Part shown: piece after piece, positions 8,231-17,380 of the stretch
Numbering within the stretch: the first letter of the stretch is position 1
How the letters are laid out: every line of letters begins with the position of its first letter
DNA from: Phycisphaeraceae bacterium
GTDB taxonomy: Bacteria; Planctomycetota; Phycisphaerae; Phycisphaerales; Phycisphaeraceae
Length of the DNA stretch: 64,000 nt
Direction of reading: 5' to 3'
NCBI GenBank assembly: GCA_963674705.1
Contig: OY771506.1
Coordinates: 1,888,001 to 1,952,000, forward strand
Program-made: the position numbers and the translations under genes
The notes under the pieces: model-generated
What the model was told of the DNA's origin: nothing
The model's database searches: none
Seen by the model: the letters and a program-made list of their open reading frames with translations, nothing else

Positions 8231-8784
8231 CGGCTCGGGTTTATTGATTTAATTCATCAAGACTTTTATTGCTGCGTTGGCGTTTTGGTGCGCGTGTCGC
8301 GGGTGTTTACTGCGCGGGGGGCTCGCGGGATTGCGCGCGCAGTGGGTGTGACCGTGTCCGCCTCCCCCGGGGAGTGTTTGGGCATTTGAGGAGTTATCTA
8401 CTTGTCAAAGAACGTTTTGCGGGTTGTCCGCTATTTGGGGGTAGGACGTCCGCCCCTTTGTTTTCAAGCTATGGATGCGGAGGGCGGACACAATCGTGTC
8501 CGGTCCTGCCAGTCTTGTGGTTGAGGTTGTGGGTGTATCGCGATCGTAACCAGCAACGATGTGACCGGCTCTGGCCGGGGGCCATTCTCTGGTGCAATGG
8601 ATGCACAATTTTCGGGTTTATGCGTGAGTCAACGATCATGACGCCTCCTATATAGGCGTGGTGCGACAGGTATGTGCGCAGAAAGGTGGCCCATATGCAG
8701 TTGGCGTGGATGTATGGGGTTGTAGATATATGGGCGAGTAAACTCGCCCGCTAAACGGGAAGCATGAAGCATGCATATCCTTTT

Positions 8785-8816
8785 CCAACCCCAACCCCAA
8801 CCCCAACCCCAACCCC
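8785..8816 (-). repeat. (TTGGGG)n hexamer tandem repeat with five G4 tracts
   Basis: + strand CCAACCCCAACCCCAACCCCAACCCCAACCCC, 13 nt downstream of the ruvA stop. Confidence 0.95.
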
Positions 8817-8829
8817 TGAACACGAAAAA

Positions 8830-9492
8830 TCATCCCCCGCCCTTGATCCGGTATACCTCGGCGACGAGGGATTCGACATCGCTTGGTGCGTCGTCCATCG
8901 ACAGGATGCGGTCGATCCAGTTGACAGCCTGGGTGCGGTTTTCGCCGAATTGAAGCAGTACTTGCAGGGCGTCTCGGGCTAAGCTCCCTGCCCCCGGAAT
9001 GTGAGTCGGTTCGATATCCGTGCCGTCGTCGGCGACGGTTCGATTGCCGGTTGGGATGGCGTCGAGGAAGCGGTCGACCTTGCCTTTGAGGGTGACGGCG
9101 ATGGTTTCGGCGGTGCGTTTGCCGACCTCGGGCAGGCTTTGCAGCAAGGCGAGGTCGCGGTCGGCGATTGCGCCGGCGATCTGGGCGGTGGAGAGGGTCA
9201 TCGCCCGCAGTGCCCGGCGGTGGCCGATGCCTTTACAGGTGACGAACAGCTCGAAGAACTGCCGGTCGATCGCGCTGGTGAAGCCGGCGAGGCGGGGGTA
9301 GATCGTCGCCCCTTGGGCCTGGGATTCCAAGTAATGCAAGGTGTGAAGGGTCACGGTTTTACCGATCGAGCCGGTGAGTCTGGCGGCGGTGTAGGCCGGG
9401 AGCAGCACTTCGTAAGTTAGCCCGCTGGGCAGGCTGATATAGCCCCGATCGGCTTCTATGGATTGGAGGATTCCTTCGAGTTTTACAATCAT
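8830..9492 (-). CDS. ruvA: Holliday junction branch migration protein RuvA
   Basis: MIVKLEG..., GLTYEV, LAGF....R.FF..FV..KGIG.R.AL, LQSLPEVGKRTAE.I...LKGK, and C-terminal domain DALQVLLQFG. Confidence 0.93.
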   Translation of the reverse strand: MIVKLEGILQSIEADRGYISLPSGLTYEVLLPAYTAARLTGSIGKTVTLHTLHYLESQAQGATIYPRLAGFTSAIDRQFFELFVTCKGIGHRRALRAMTLSTAQIAGAIADRDLALLQSLPEVGKRTAETIAVTLKGKVDRFLDAIPTGNRTVADDGTDIEPTHIPGAGSLARDALQVLLQFGENRTQAVNWIDRILSMDDAPSDVESLVAEVYRIKGGG

Positions 9493-9595
9493 GCGCCCGA
9501 TAATACCCGCCCTGAGCGTCCGCGTCGCCGGGTGGTGTGAAACTTTGCGCTTTGGGTTGTCAACTATCGGTCCTGACCGGCCGATGCTGGAGGAT

Positions 9596-10690
9596 ATGCG
9601 TATAGCCGGATACATGCTGCTGTTGTTCCTGACAGCGGGCCTGCTCATCGGGCTCGGTCTGAAAGGGGCATGGACCCAACAACGGGCCTTGCAGTCTTTC
9701 ACATCCGTAAACGTATCGATCAATAAAAATGAAGTGCGCTCAAGCCGATTCGGCGGTTTCGAGCCGGATGTGTCGTTCAGCTATCGCGCGATGGGCAAGA
9801 CCTACCAAAGCAGTCAGGCCGCGCCGCTGCTTATCCATGGGTCGCGCGACTGGGCGGAGTCTATCCAGCGCCGCATCCAATCGGAAGAATTGACCGCGCG
9901 TGTGAACCCACTCGACCCGGCCGATGCGTATCTGCTTCCGATCGGGAGGTTCCGGCCGTATGGTTTGGTCCTGTTTGGTTTAGCGATACTGGGTTTAGGC
10001 CTGATCCCGATCCGCATCGGTGGCGTGTTGTCGCACGAGCCGACGGCGATCACGGGTGGGCCTTACGACTGGTACGACCTGACGCCGGGCGAAACACCCG
10101 CCAATCTCGTGTTGATGTGGTCCGGGATCGCGGTGGTGTGGTACCTGCTTGGTTTAATGACGGCAGGGCATTACTACATGACGGTGCCGCCGGTGTATGA
10201 AGTGAAAGCACTGGTGGGGACGTCGCTTTTCGCGGCCGCGGGTCTTTGGCCGATGAGCAGGGCGCTAAGCGCGATGGGTATCGCGTCGCACCTGGGAACC
10301 CCCAAGGTCCGCATGACACGGAAGACCATCAGTCTTGCGGAGCCGGTCTTTGTGAGGATCGAGCAGCCGTTCATGCGTGATACGATCGTGCGCGAGGTGC
10401 GTGTGGCGTTAACGTGCATCCAGCACAATGGCCTGAATTCGGTGCGTTACTTCACCGCTTCGAGTGTGGCGGTCGCGGACCGTGCGGTGCGCAGCGGTGA
10501 AAAAATCAGCGGCGAGTTCAGCTTTGAAGTGCCTGAAAAGAAACGCCACCCGAGTTCGCTTTTTTCGCGCTGGAGCTATCCCCGTACGGACTGGCGTATC
10601 GAGATCACGGTCCGGACGAAGAAGTCCAGCACGACGGCGACCTTCCCGGTGATCGCGGAGAACACGAAGCGTGTCGCGAAAGCGGCGTAA
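9596..10690 (+). CDS. DUF3592-like integral membrane protein
   Basis: N-terminal TM, FEPDVSFSY...GKTY and VNPLDPADAYL (DUF3592 pattern), three further TMs and a beta-rich C-terminal domain. GGAGG RBS before the ATG at 9596. Confidence 0.7.
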   Translation: MRIAGYMLLLFLTAGLLIGLGLKGAWTQQRALQSFTSVNVSINKNEVRSSRFGGFEPDVSFSYRAMGKTYQSSQAAPLLIHGSRDWAESIQRRIQSEELTARVNPLDPADAYLLPIGRFRPYGLVLFGLAILGLGLIPIRIGGVLSHEPTAITGGPYDWYDLTPGETPANLVLMWSGIAVVWYLLGLMTAGHYYMTVPPVYEVKALVGTSLFAAAGLWPMSRALSAMGIASHLGTPKVRMTRKTISLAEPVFVRIEQPFMRDTIVREVRVALTCIQHNGLNSVRYFTASSVAVADRAVRSGEKISGEFSFEVPEKKRHPSSLFSRWSYPRTDWRIEITVRTKKSSTTATFPVIAENTKRVAKAA

Positions 10691-10736
10691 CGGGTGTTGC
10701 TAAATGCGATCCGTTCTCAGTTGCGTTGATGAAATT

Positions 10737-10827
10737 AAGCCACCGATAAACACGGATTAACACAGATGAGTATCAAAGACCTTGCGTCTGTACTCAATCC
10801 GTGTCTATCTGTGTTAATCGGTGGCTT
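10737..10827. repeat. REP-like long inverted repeat
   Basis: AAGCCACCGAT-AAACACGGAT-TAACACAGAT ... ATCCGTGTCT-ATCTGTGTTA-ATCGGTGGCTT, built from 10-nt sub-repeats. Confidence 0.75.
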
Positions 10828-11050
10828 TCCTTATATAGTCTATTGATCGTTCTCCCTTGTGGTTTTGTGGTTACTTAAATACCGTGCGGGAGTCTGTCAT
10901 CCCGTTACATTGGTATTGCATTTCCGGGAATTTCGGGTTTCGATAATTCAATACAGGTTCTTGTCAAACATTGGCTTGTCCCGTATCGTAATACGCAAGA
11001 GAAATCATTCTCTATTGTGTACGTAACACCTTTACTTCAGGGGATATAGC

Positions 11051-12067
11051 ATGTCGAACGACGGCGGTCACGGGCCCGAAGCGGACCTGAAGGCGTTGTG
11101 GGATTCTTTTGATGCGCTGAGCGATCAGCTTCGGGAGGTGGTCGTCGGCCAGGAAGTGGCGATGCGTCAGCTCCTGACGGGCTTGCTGTGCGGCGGGCAC
11201 ATGGTCATGATCGGCGTGCCGGGGCTTGCTAAAACCCTGATGGTCCGGGCGCTGGCGGAGGCGCTGGGCTGGTCTTTCCATCGGATACAGTTCACCCCCG
11301 ACCTGATGCCCGCTGACATCACAGGCACCGAGATTTTGCAAAGCGATGAGGCGGGCCGGCGCCGTGAGTTGGTCTTCCATAAGGGACCGATTTTCGCGAA
11401 CCTGATTCTCGCAGATGAAATAAACCGTACGCCGCCGAAGACACAAGCGGCTCTGCTTGAAGCGATGCAGGAACAGGCGGTCACCGTCAATGGCCAGACC
11501 TTCACGCTGGATAAACCCTTCGTCGTGATCGCGACACAAAACCCGATCGAACAGGAAGGCACGTACCCGCTTCCCGAAGCGCAGCTCGATCGTTTTATGC
11601 TGAGCATTCATGTCGATTATCCGGGCGCTGAGTATGAACGTGACATCGCATCTCGTTCGCCACGCATGCAGTTGCCGAAGATGCAGCAGGTTGCGTCGCC
11701 CGAGCAGTTCTCTCGCTTCGTCGACATGGTTGATGCGGTGCCCGTGTCGGATCATGTTTTGAATTACGCGGTGTCGCTCGTGATGTCGAGCCGACCGAGC
11801 GATCCGTCTGCTGATGATTATGTACGCAAGTACGTAGGTTGGGGCGTTGGTCCGCGCGGTGCACAACACCTGGTGACGGCTGCGAAAGCCGCTGCGTTAT
11901 TAGACAAACGGCCGACGCCCGAGGTGCGCGATGTTCATGATATGGCGCTACCCGTGCTGCGTCACCGCCTGATTGCCAACTACAACGCGATGGGTGAGGG
12001 GCTTGATTCCAAGGACATCATCGAGCATCTATTAAAGAACGTGAATGAGCCGGCGGCTGTGGCATAG
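11051..12067 (+). CDS. moxR: MoxR family AAA+ ATPase
   Basis: GVPGLAKT, RIQFTPDLMPADITG, LADEINRTPPKTQAALLEAMQE and ATQNPIEQEGTYPLPEAQLDRF. Confidence 0.96.
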   Translation: MSNDGGHGPEADLKALWDSFDALSDQLREVVVGQEVAMRQLLTGLLCGGHMVMIGVPGLAKTLMVRALAEALGWSFHRIQFTPDLMPADITGTEILQSDEAGRRRELVFHKGPIFANLILADEINRTPPKTQAALLEAMQEQAVTVNGQTFTLDKPFVVIATQNPIEQEGTYPLPEAQLDRFMLSIHVDYPGAEYERDIASRSPRMQLPKMQQVASPEQFSRFVDMVDAVPVSDHVLNYAVSLVMSSRPSDPSADDYVRKYVGWGVGPRGAQHLVTAAKAAALLDKRPTPEVRDVHDMALPVLRHRLIANYNAMGEGLDSKDIIEHLLKNVNEPAAVA

Positions 12068-12117
12068 ATCGGATATTGTGTGTTGGGGAATTTCGGGGAT
12101 ATCTGCAGGAAGTCGTG

Positions 12118-13026
12118 ATGGCCAAGTTTAACCACCCCTATCTGGATCTGGCGCGGATGGAGATGCTTCGGCGCGTGCGCCTGAAACCGCGTGGGATGGC
12201 GGAAGGCACGTTCTCCGGGCCGCACAAATCGCCGTACCGGGGCACAGCCGTCGAATTCGCCGACTTCCGAAGCTACACCGATGGCGACGACATCCGTCTG
12301 GTGGACTGGAAAGTCTTCGCCCGCACGGATAAGCATTACGTTCGCTTGTATGAAGCCGAGCGGAACCTGCTTTCGTATATCGTGATGGATACGAGCGGGT
12401 CGATGGAGTTTGCCGGCGTCGTCAGGCCAACCATGAGCAAGCTGGAATACGCGGGTCGGCTCGCCGCGGCGCTGGCGTACATGGTCGTGGATGCGGGCGA
12501 TGAAGTCGGATTATCGCTTGCCGACGAATCGGTTCATTTGCACCTGCCGCCACGATCGAGTTGGAGCCATCTTGCGACAATGGTCGGCTCGCTGGGCGAT
12601 GCGAAAGCGGAAGGCCGTACGGACCTGAGCGAATGTCTGATCGAAGCGTTTCAGCGGGCTACGCGCCGAGGTGTTTTGATTGTTCTCAGTGATTTTCTCG
12701 ATCATAGCTCCGACTTCTGGCAGCGGATCAACCTGTTTCGCAATTCGCGTTTCGATGTGATGCTGTTTCATGTTGTGCATCCGGAAGAGTTGGAGCTGCC
12801 TGACGTGCCGATGGCGCGGTTCATGGATAGTGAAGGCGGCAGCGGTTCTTTCCTCGCTGAACCCGAACAGGTGCGCAAGCTGTATCAGCAGCGGTTTAAC
12901 GAACACCTGAAAAAGATCGAGTCCGGCGCGAAGTATCGCGGCTGCGACTGGGTGCTGGCGCGTACGGATACGGACCCGTACCAGTTGCTTCAGAACAGTT
13001 TTCTTGAACGCGAACGGGGGCGCTAG
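12118..13026 (+). CDS. DUF58 domain (vWA-like) protein
   Basis: G.HKSPYRG..VEFADFRSY..GDDIR.VDWK, DTSGSM and IVLSDF. Confidence 0.93.
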   Translation: MAKFNHPYLDLARMEMLRRVRLKPRGMAEGTFSGPHKSPYRGTAVEFADFRSYTDGDDIRLVDWKVFARTDKHYVRLYEAERNLLSYIVMDTSGSMEFAGVVRPTMSKLEYAGRLAAALAYMVVDAGDEVGLSLADESVHLHLPPRSSWSHLATMVGSLGDAKAEGRTDLSECLIEAFQRATRRGVLIVLSDFLDHSSDFWQRINLFRNSRFDVMLFHVVHPEELELPDVPMARFMDSEGGSGSFLAEPEQVRKLYQQRFNEHLKKIESGAKYRGCDWVLARTDTDPYQLLQNSFLERERGR

Positions 13027-13028
13027 CG

Positions 13029-15149
13029 ATGATCGGTTTCACCAACGCGCTACTGCTTGCGGGACTGGTTGCGATCGGGCTGCCGGTCCTGATACACATG
13101 CTGACGCGCCCGCGTCCGAAGGTGATTAAGTACCCCACGTTCCACATGCTCGTCGAAGCGGGCAGTGGGCAGCAGGCATTGCAACGGTTGCGGACGATTC
13201 TAGTTTTGTTATTACGTTCATTATTGATCGCCGCGCTTGTGCTGGTATTCACGCGGCCGTTCTGGCAACGAGCTACGCATTCAAAAGTGGACGAAAACCC
13301 GAGTGTGGTGCTGCTCGTTGATGCGTCGATGAGCATGGGCGCAGCGCAGGGCGGCGTGTCATTATTTGATAACGCACGATCGCAGGCGGCGGATGTGCTC
13401 CGATCGCTGGACGACAACACGCAGGCGGCGGTCATTTTGATCGGCCGTAAACCACGCGCGCTACTCCCGGTCTTATCGCAGAACCATGCGGCACTTCACG
13501 AACACCTGATCGCTGCTAAACGCACATTTGAAATGGGCGATCCTGCCTCAGCGCTCGACTTGGCAGAACAGATGCTGGGTGAAACGGGTGGACGCGTGAT
13601 CATCTTGAGTGATTTTCAACGCACCAATTGGAGTGATGTTGCGCTTGCTGACCGCGCCGGGATTGAATGTGTGTTGATGCCGGTGTCTGACCAGGATGCG
13701 GAGAACGTCGGCGTAACCGCGATGAATGTCTCACCTGGTGTTCCTATCGTTGATGAAAAGATCAACCTGACGGTTACGTTATTCAACGCAACCCCCGCCA
13801 AACGCAGCGAGGTCGTTCGCTTGACGTTTGATGAATTGACGATGGACGCCGAGGTAGAGTTGAGGCCTTACAGTTCCGCCGACGCTTCGTTCAGTTTTTC
13901 GATGTCCACGCCGGGCTTCTATGGTGGGAAAGTCACATTGGTCGGCGATGGATTGCCTGATGACGATGCAAGATACGTCACGCTGCATGTGCGTGATGCG
14001 TTGCGTGCGCTTCTGATCAGCGATGCAGAGTCGACGGATTCCGACTACGCCGCATTTTATCTCGCGCGTGCACTGTCACCCTCTGAATACGCATCGACGG
14101 GGATCAAAGTCGCTACTCGTCGGCCCGCAGATCTGGATCGTGGTTCTTTAGAGACAGCCGATCTGTTCGTTCTCGCGCCACCGGTCCGGTTAACAGGTGA
14201 ATCGGTTGACGTTATTGCTCGTCGTGTGCGCGATGGTGCGGACCTGCTTTGTTTCATGGATGGCCCGCAGACCAGTGACGTGCTCAACGCATTGGCCGGA
14301 GCATCGCAAGGCCTGATCTCTCCGCCTTTCACATTGGCGCGACCGGTGCAGTCGCCTCGCGCAGACCTGACGTTTGCCAGCCGGCGCCTTGCCGATCCCG
14401 CATCGATGCGGCTTGGTTTAATTTCAGATACAGATTTTTCTTCATTGCACTTCAGCCGATACTTCATGACCGACAACGACCCGGCCAGGGAGCGCGAGTT
14501 GGTCATGTCTCATGCCGATGGCTCAGCTGCGCTTGCGATGTGGCCTTGCGAGCAGGGCGGTGTAGTGCTGATGAACTTCCCCGTCACACCCGATGCCGGG
14601 AACATCGCGGGCAATCCGCTGTTCCCCGTCCTGCTGCACGAAACATTGCGGGCGCTTCGCCAGGACACGGGCAGGGGTGAGGTTCGCCCGGGTAGCGCAT
14701 GGACCTTGGATGTGCCGGGCGGACAATCCGGATCAGATGGTGATGAGATTGCGTACCGCGTGATTGGCCCGGATGAAAAGCCCGTCGATGTTGATGTCAT
14801 CTCACGCGGCCGAACGGATAAGCTCTCGCTCGCGTCGGCAGAGTTACCCGGTCATTACCAGGTGCTGCGTGGTGACAAACCTGTCGATGCGGGTGTCGTG
14901 AACGTGCATCCCAAAGAAACGGACACGCGTCGGCTCAACCTGCAAACGTTGATCGAAGCGTCGGCCGGCGGCGTCAAACTTGCCGGACAAGCCGGCACGC
15001 GCATCACCACCAGCGATCAACAACCACTCTGGCCCAAGCTCTTAATACTTGCGGCACTGTGCATGACCACCGAGATGTTAATCCTTGCATGGTGGCCCAC
15101 AGCTTCGCGCTCGGTGCGTTTAAGTAACCAGCGGGGGGTGGCATCATGA
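13029..15149 (+). CDS. BatA N-terminal + vWA domain membrane protein
   Basis: LPVLIHML...P+F BatA start, LLVDASMSM MIDAS, ILSDFQ, and C-terminal PGHY / VNV.P.E / LWP..L + TM. Confidence 0.88.
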   Translation: MIGFTNALLLAGLVAIGLPVLIHMLTRPRPKVIKYPTFHMLVEAGSGQQALQRLRTILVLLLRSLLIAALVLVFTRPFWQRATHSKVDENPSVVLLVDASMSMGAAQGGVSLFDNARSQAADVLRSLDDNTQAAVILIGRKPRALLPVLSQNHAALHEHLIAAKRTFEMGDPASALDLAEQMLGETGGRVIILSDFQRTNWSDVALADRAGIECVLMPVSDQDAENVGVTAMNVSPGVPIVDEKINLTVTLFNATPAKRSEVVRLTFDELTMDAEVELRPYSSADASFSFSMSTPGFYGGKVTLVGDGLPDDDARYVTLHVRDALRALLISDAESTDSDYAAFYLARALSPSEYASTGIKVATRRPADLDRGSLETADLFVLAPPVRLTGESVDVIARRVRDGADLLCFMDGPQTSDVLNALAGASQGLISPPFTLARPVQSPRADLTFASRRLADPASMRLGLISDTDFSSLHFSRYFMTDNDPARERELVMSHADGSAALAMWPCEQGGVVLMNFPVTPDAGNIAGNPLFPVLLHETLRALRQDTGRGEVRPGSAWTLDVPGGQSGSDGDEIAYRVIGPDEKPVDVDVISRGRTDKLSLASAELPGHYQVLRGDKPVDAGVVNVHPKETDTRRLNLQTLIEASAGGVKLAGQAGTRITTSDQQPLWPKLLILAALCMTTEMLILAWWPTASRSVRLSNQRGVAS

Positions 15150-17380
15150 GTGAATGGCTCTTCCTGCCGCCGTGGTCGATGATTGCCATCGCGATCGGAT
15201 GTGTCGTGCTCGCGGTTTCAGCAGTGATCCGCACTATGCACGAACGCAAGCGCTTGTTTGTCAGGCGCTGGCCGCTATTACTCTTACTTCGCGCAGCGGC
15301 GATCTTTCTGCTTTTATGGATCGCACTGAATCCGACAGCGATCACACCTAAGGCGATGGAGGGCCGGCCGTCGTTGCTGGTCCTGCTCGATAGCTCCGCA
15401 AGCATGGCGACGCAGGATGTGGACGGCCAAAGCCGTTGGCTTGCCGCGGTCGATACGCTTATCGATCCGGATGTCCGCAGCGAACTGGAAGACCACTTTG
15501 AGCTGAAAATCATGTCTTTCGATAATGACCGGCTTGCGGTGGATGCAAACGGTTTGTCGCATGCAAACGCATCGGGGCGTGCAAGCGACCTATCCAGCGC
15601 ATTAACCGAAAGCATCATCGACCAGGCGGACAACAGCGCGCAGGCCGGCGTCTTATTGATAAGTGACGGCCGGTCGACGAACCCCGGTGCATTGGATGCC
15701 GCACGCCTCGGCCTGGCGCGAGCCGTACCGCTATGGACGTGGTGTCTCGGTGGCGACGTACCGCGGCGCGACCTCTGGGTCGAAACCCCGTCAACCGTCA
15801 CGCTCGCATTTTCCGATAGCGAAGTGCAGATCGGTGCGACCATTCACCAGATCGGCTTTGAGCACAGCACGTTTAATGTGCAGTTATTGCGGGATGATGA
15901 AGTCGTCGACACGTTTGAAGTCATCCCCGACGAAGCGGGTGTGCACATCAGCACGACGGTGACAGCCCCGAAAGAAGGCGAGCAACGCTACAGCTTCCGC
16001 GTAGTTGGCGCCTCGGGTGAAGCGGATACACAGAACAACCAGCGTTCGGTCTATGTCCGTTCGGTTGGCGACAAAGTACGCATTTTCCTTGCTGAAGGGC
16101 AGCCGCACTGGGATACGAAGTTCCTTGTCCAGTCATTGAAGCGCAATGACCGAATCGCGCTCACAGCCGTGTACCGCATGGGCCCGGACCGGCAGTTCGC
16201 TGTCTTTTCCGAGGGCGAACAGCAGCGACGAGAAGAGGGCGACTACTTCCCGCGCACGCTCGATGCATGGTCGGCCTACGACGTCGTCATCATGGGCCGG
16301 GGCTGTGAAGCCTTCTTCGACGATGATACCGAACAGATGTTGACGGAATACGTCTCCCGGCGGGGTGGCGGCCTGATCTTCAATCGAGGCAAAAGCTACA
16401 GCGGCCGTTTCCGTTCACTCGCCAAGTTCGAGCCGGTCGTCTGGAGTAACCAGACCACGCCCCTTGTCACGCTCGCCACAAACACGGTGCCCAAGACCGG
16501 GCCGCTTGTGGAACTGTCATCCGATGGCAATCTCGATGCGTTGATGGAAAGGCTGCCTACTTTTGACCAGACGCGACAGACAACGGGCGTCAAACCGTTG
16601 GCGGTGGTGATGGCGGGCGGGAAGCCGATCCAGTCGATCGATGCCGATCAACTCAATGATGATGACCATCTTGTCCTGCTGGCTTATCAACTTTACGGGC
16701 GCGGTCGGGTGCTGACCGTCAATGCGAGCGGGCTCTGGCGTTGGGCGTTCCGTGAACAGGGCGAACCGGAAGATGAATTCATCTACGATCGGCTGTGGGG
16801 CAGCCTGATCCGCTGGATCATCTCCGGCAGCGACTTTCTTGCAGGACATCAGACCGCCCTGCGCAGCGCTCAGAGATCGTACACCGATCAACAGCCCGTG
16901 CGTTTCATGATCAGTACTCGTGAGATCGATCCGCAAACCTATCAGCCACTTCTGACGATCGAAGGCGGCGACGAGCAATTGAAGCTCCAGCCCCGCCGTG
17001 AATCCGCGGACGGCTTACAAACCAGTTGGCTTGCTGAAGCCGGTCCATTGAAACCCGGCACGTACGAGGTCAAACTCACAAACAACATCGGCACACCCGA
17101 ATCGCTGACAACCACGATTGAAGTCATCAGCGGTTCGATCGAAGATCGTCAGCTCAGCGCTGATCCACAACTGATGCAGGAACTGGCCGACATCAGCGAA
17201 GGGCGTGTATTGAAAGCTTCAGAGCTGGCAAACTTCTCGGACATCTATAAACAGTGGCGTGCCGAGCAGCAGTTGGCGGATGATAAGCAGCCGATGTGGG
17301 ATCGCTGGTGGTTGTTCGCGATCATATTAGTATTGCTGGGAAGTGAATGGTATCTACGTCGGCAGGAGAACCTGCTATGA
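15146..17380 (+). CDS. vWA + glutamine-amidotransferase-like domain membrane protein (MoxR-associated)
   Basis: Two N-terminal TMs, LLDSSASM, LISDG, YDVVIMG...GGGLI, LWRW, and C-terminal PMWDRWW...EWYLRR. Confidence 0.8.
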   Translation: MSEWLFLPPWSMIAIAIGCVVLAVSAVIRTMHERKRLFVRRWPLLLLLRAAAIFLLLWIALNPTAITPKAMEGRPSLLVLLDSSASMATQDVDGQSRWLAAVDTLIDPDVRSELEDHFELKIMSFDNDRLAVDANGLSHANASGRASDLSSALTESIIDQADNSAQAGVLLISDGRSTNPGALDAARLGLARAVPLWTWCLGGDVPRRDLWVETPSTVTLAFSDSEVQIGATIHQIGFEHSTFNVQLLRDDEVVDTFEVIPDEAGVHISTTVTAPKEGEQRYSFRVVGASGEADTQNNQRSVYVRSVGDKVRIFLAEGQPHWDTKFLVQSLKRNDRIALTAVYRMGPDRQFAVFSEGEQQRREEGDYFPRTLDAWSAYDVVIMGRGCEAFFDDDTEQMLTEYVSRRGGGLIFNRGKSYSGRFRSLAKFEPVVWSNQTTPLVTLATNTVPKTGPLVELSSDGNLDALMERLPTFDQTRQTTGVKPLAVVMAGGKPIQSIDADQLNDDDHLVLLAYQLYGRGRVLTVNASGLWRWAFREQGEPEDEFIYDRLWGSLIRWIISGSDFLAGHQTALRSAQRSYTDQQPVRFMISTREIDPQTYQPLLTIEGGDEQLKLQPRRESADGLQTSWLAEAGPLKPGTYEVKLTNNIGTPESLTTTIEVISGSIEDRQLSADPQLMQELADISEGRVLKASELANFSDIYKQWRAEQQLADDKQPMWDRWWLFAIILVLLGSEWYLRRQENLL

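Noticed and set aside
8269..8655. 128-aa plus-strand ORF after trxB
   Set aside because: TTG start, no RBS, and an Arg/Gly/Cys-rich composition typical of spurious translation.
8764..8982. Short ORFs with PTPTPT, QPQPQP or GWGWGW repeats
   Set aside because: They are translations of the hexamer repeat and overlap ruvA.
9458..9723. Overlapping long N-terminal extensions of ruvA and the DUF3592-like gene
   Set aside because: RuvA homology begins at 9492 and an RBS supports 9596, which removes the overlap.
10737..10880. CRISPR array or IS ends
   Set aside because: A single inverted repeat with no regularly spaced repeats, cas genes or transposase.
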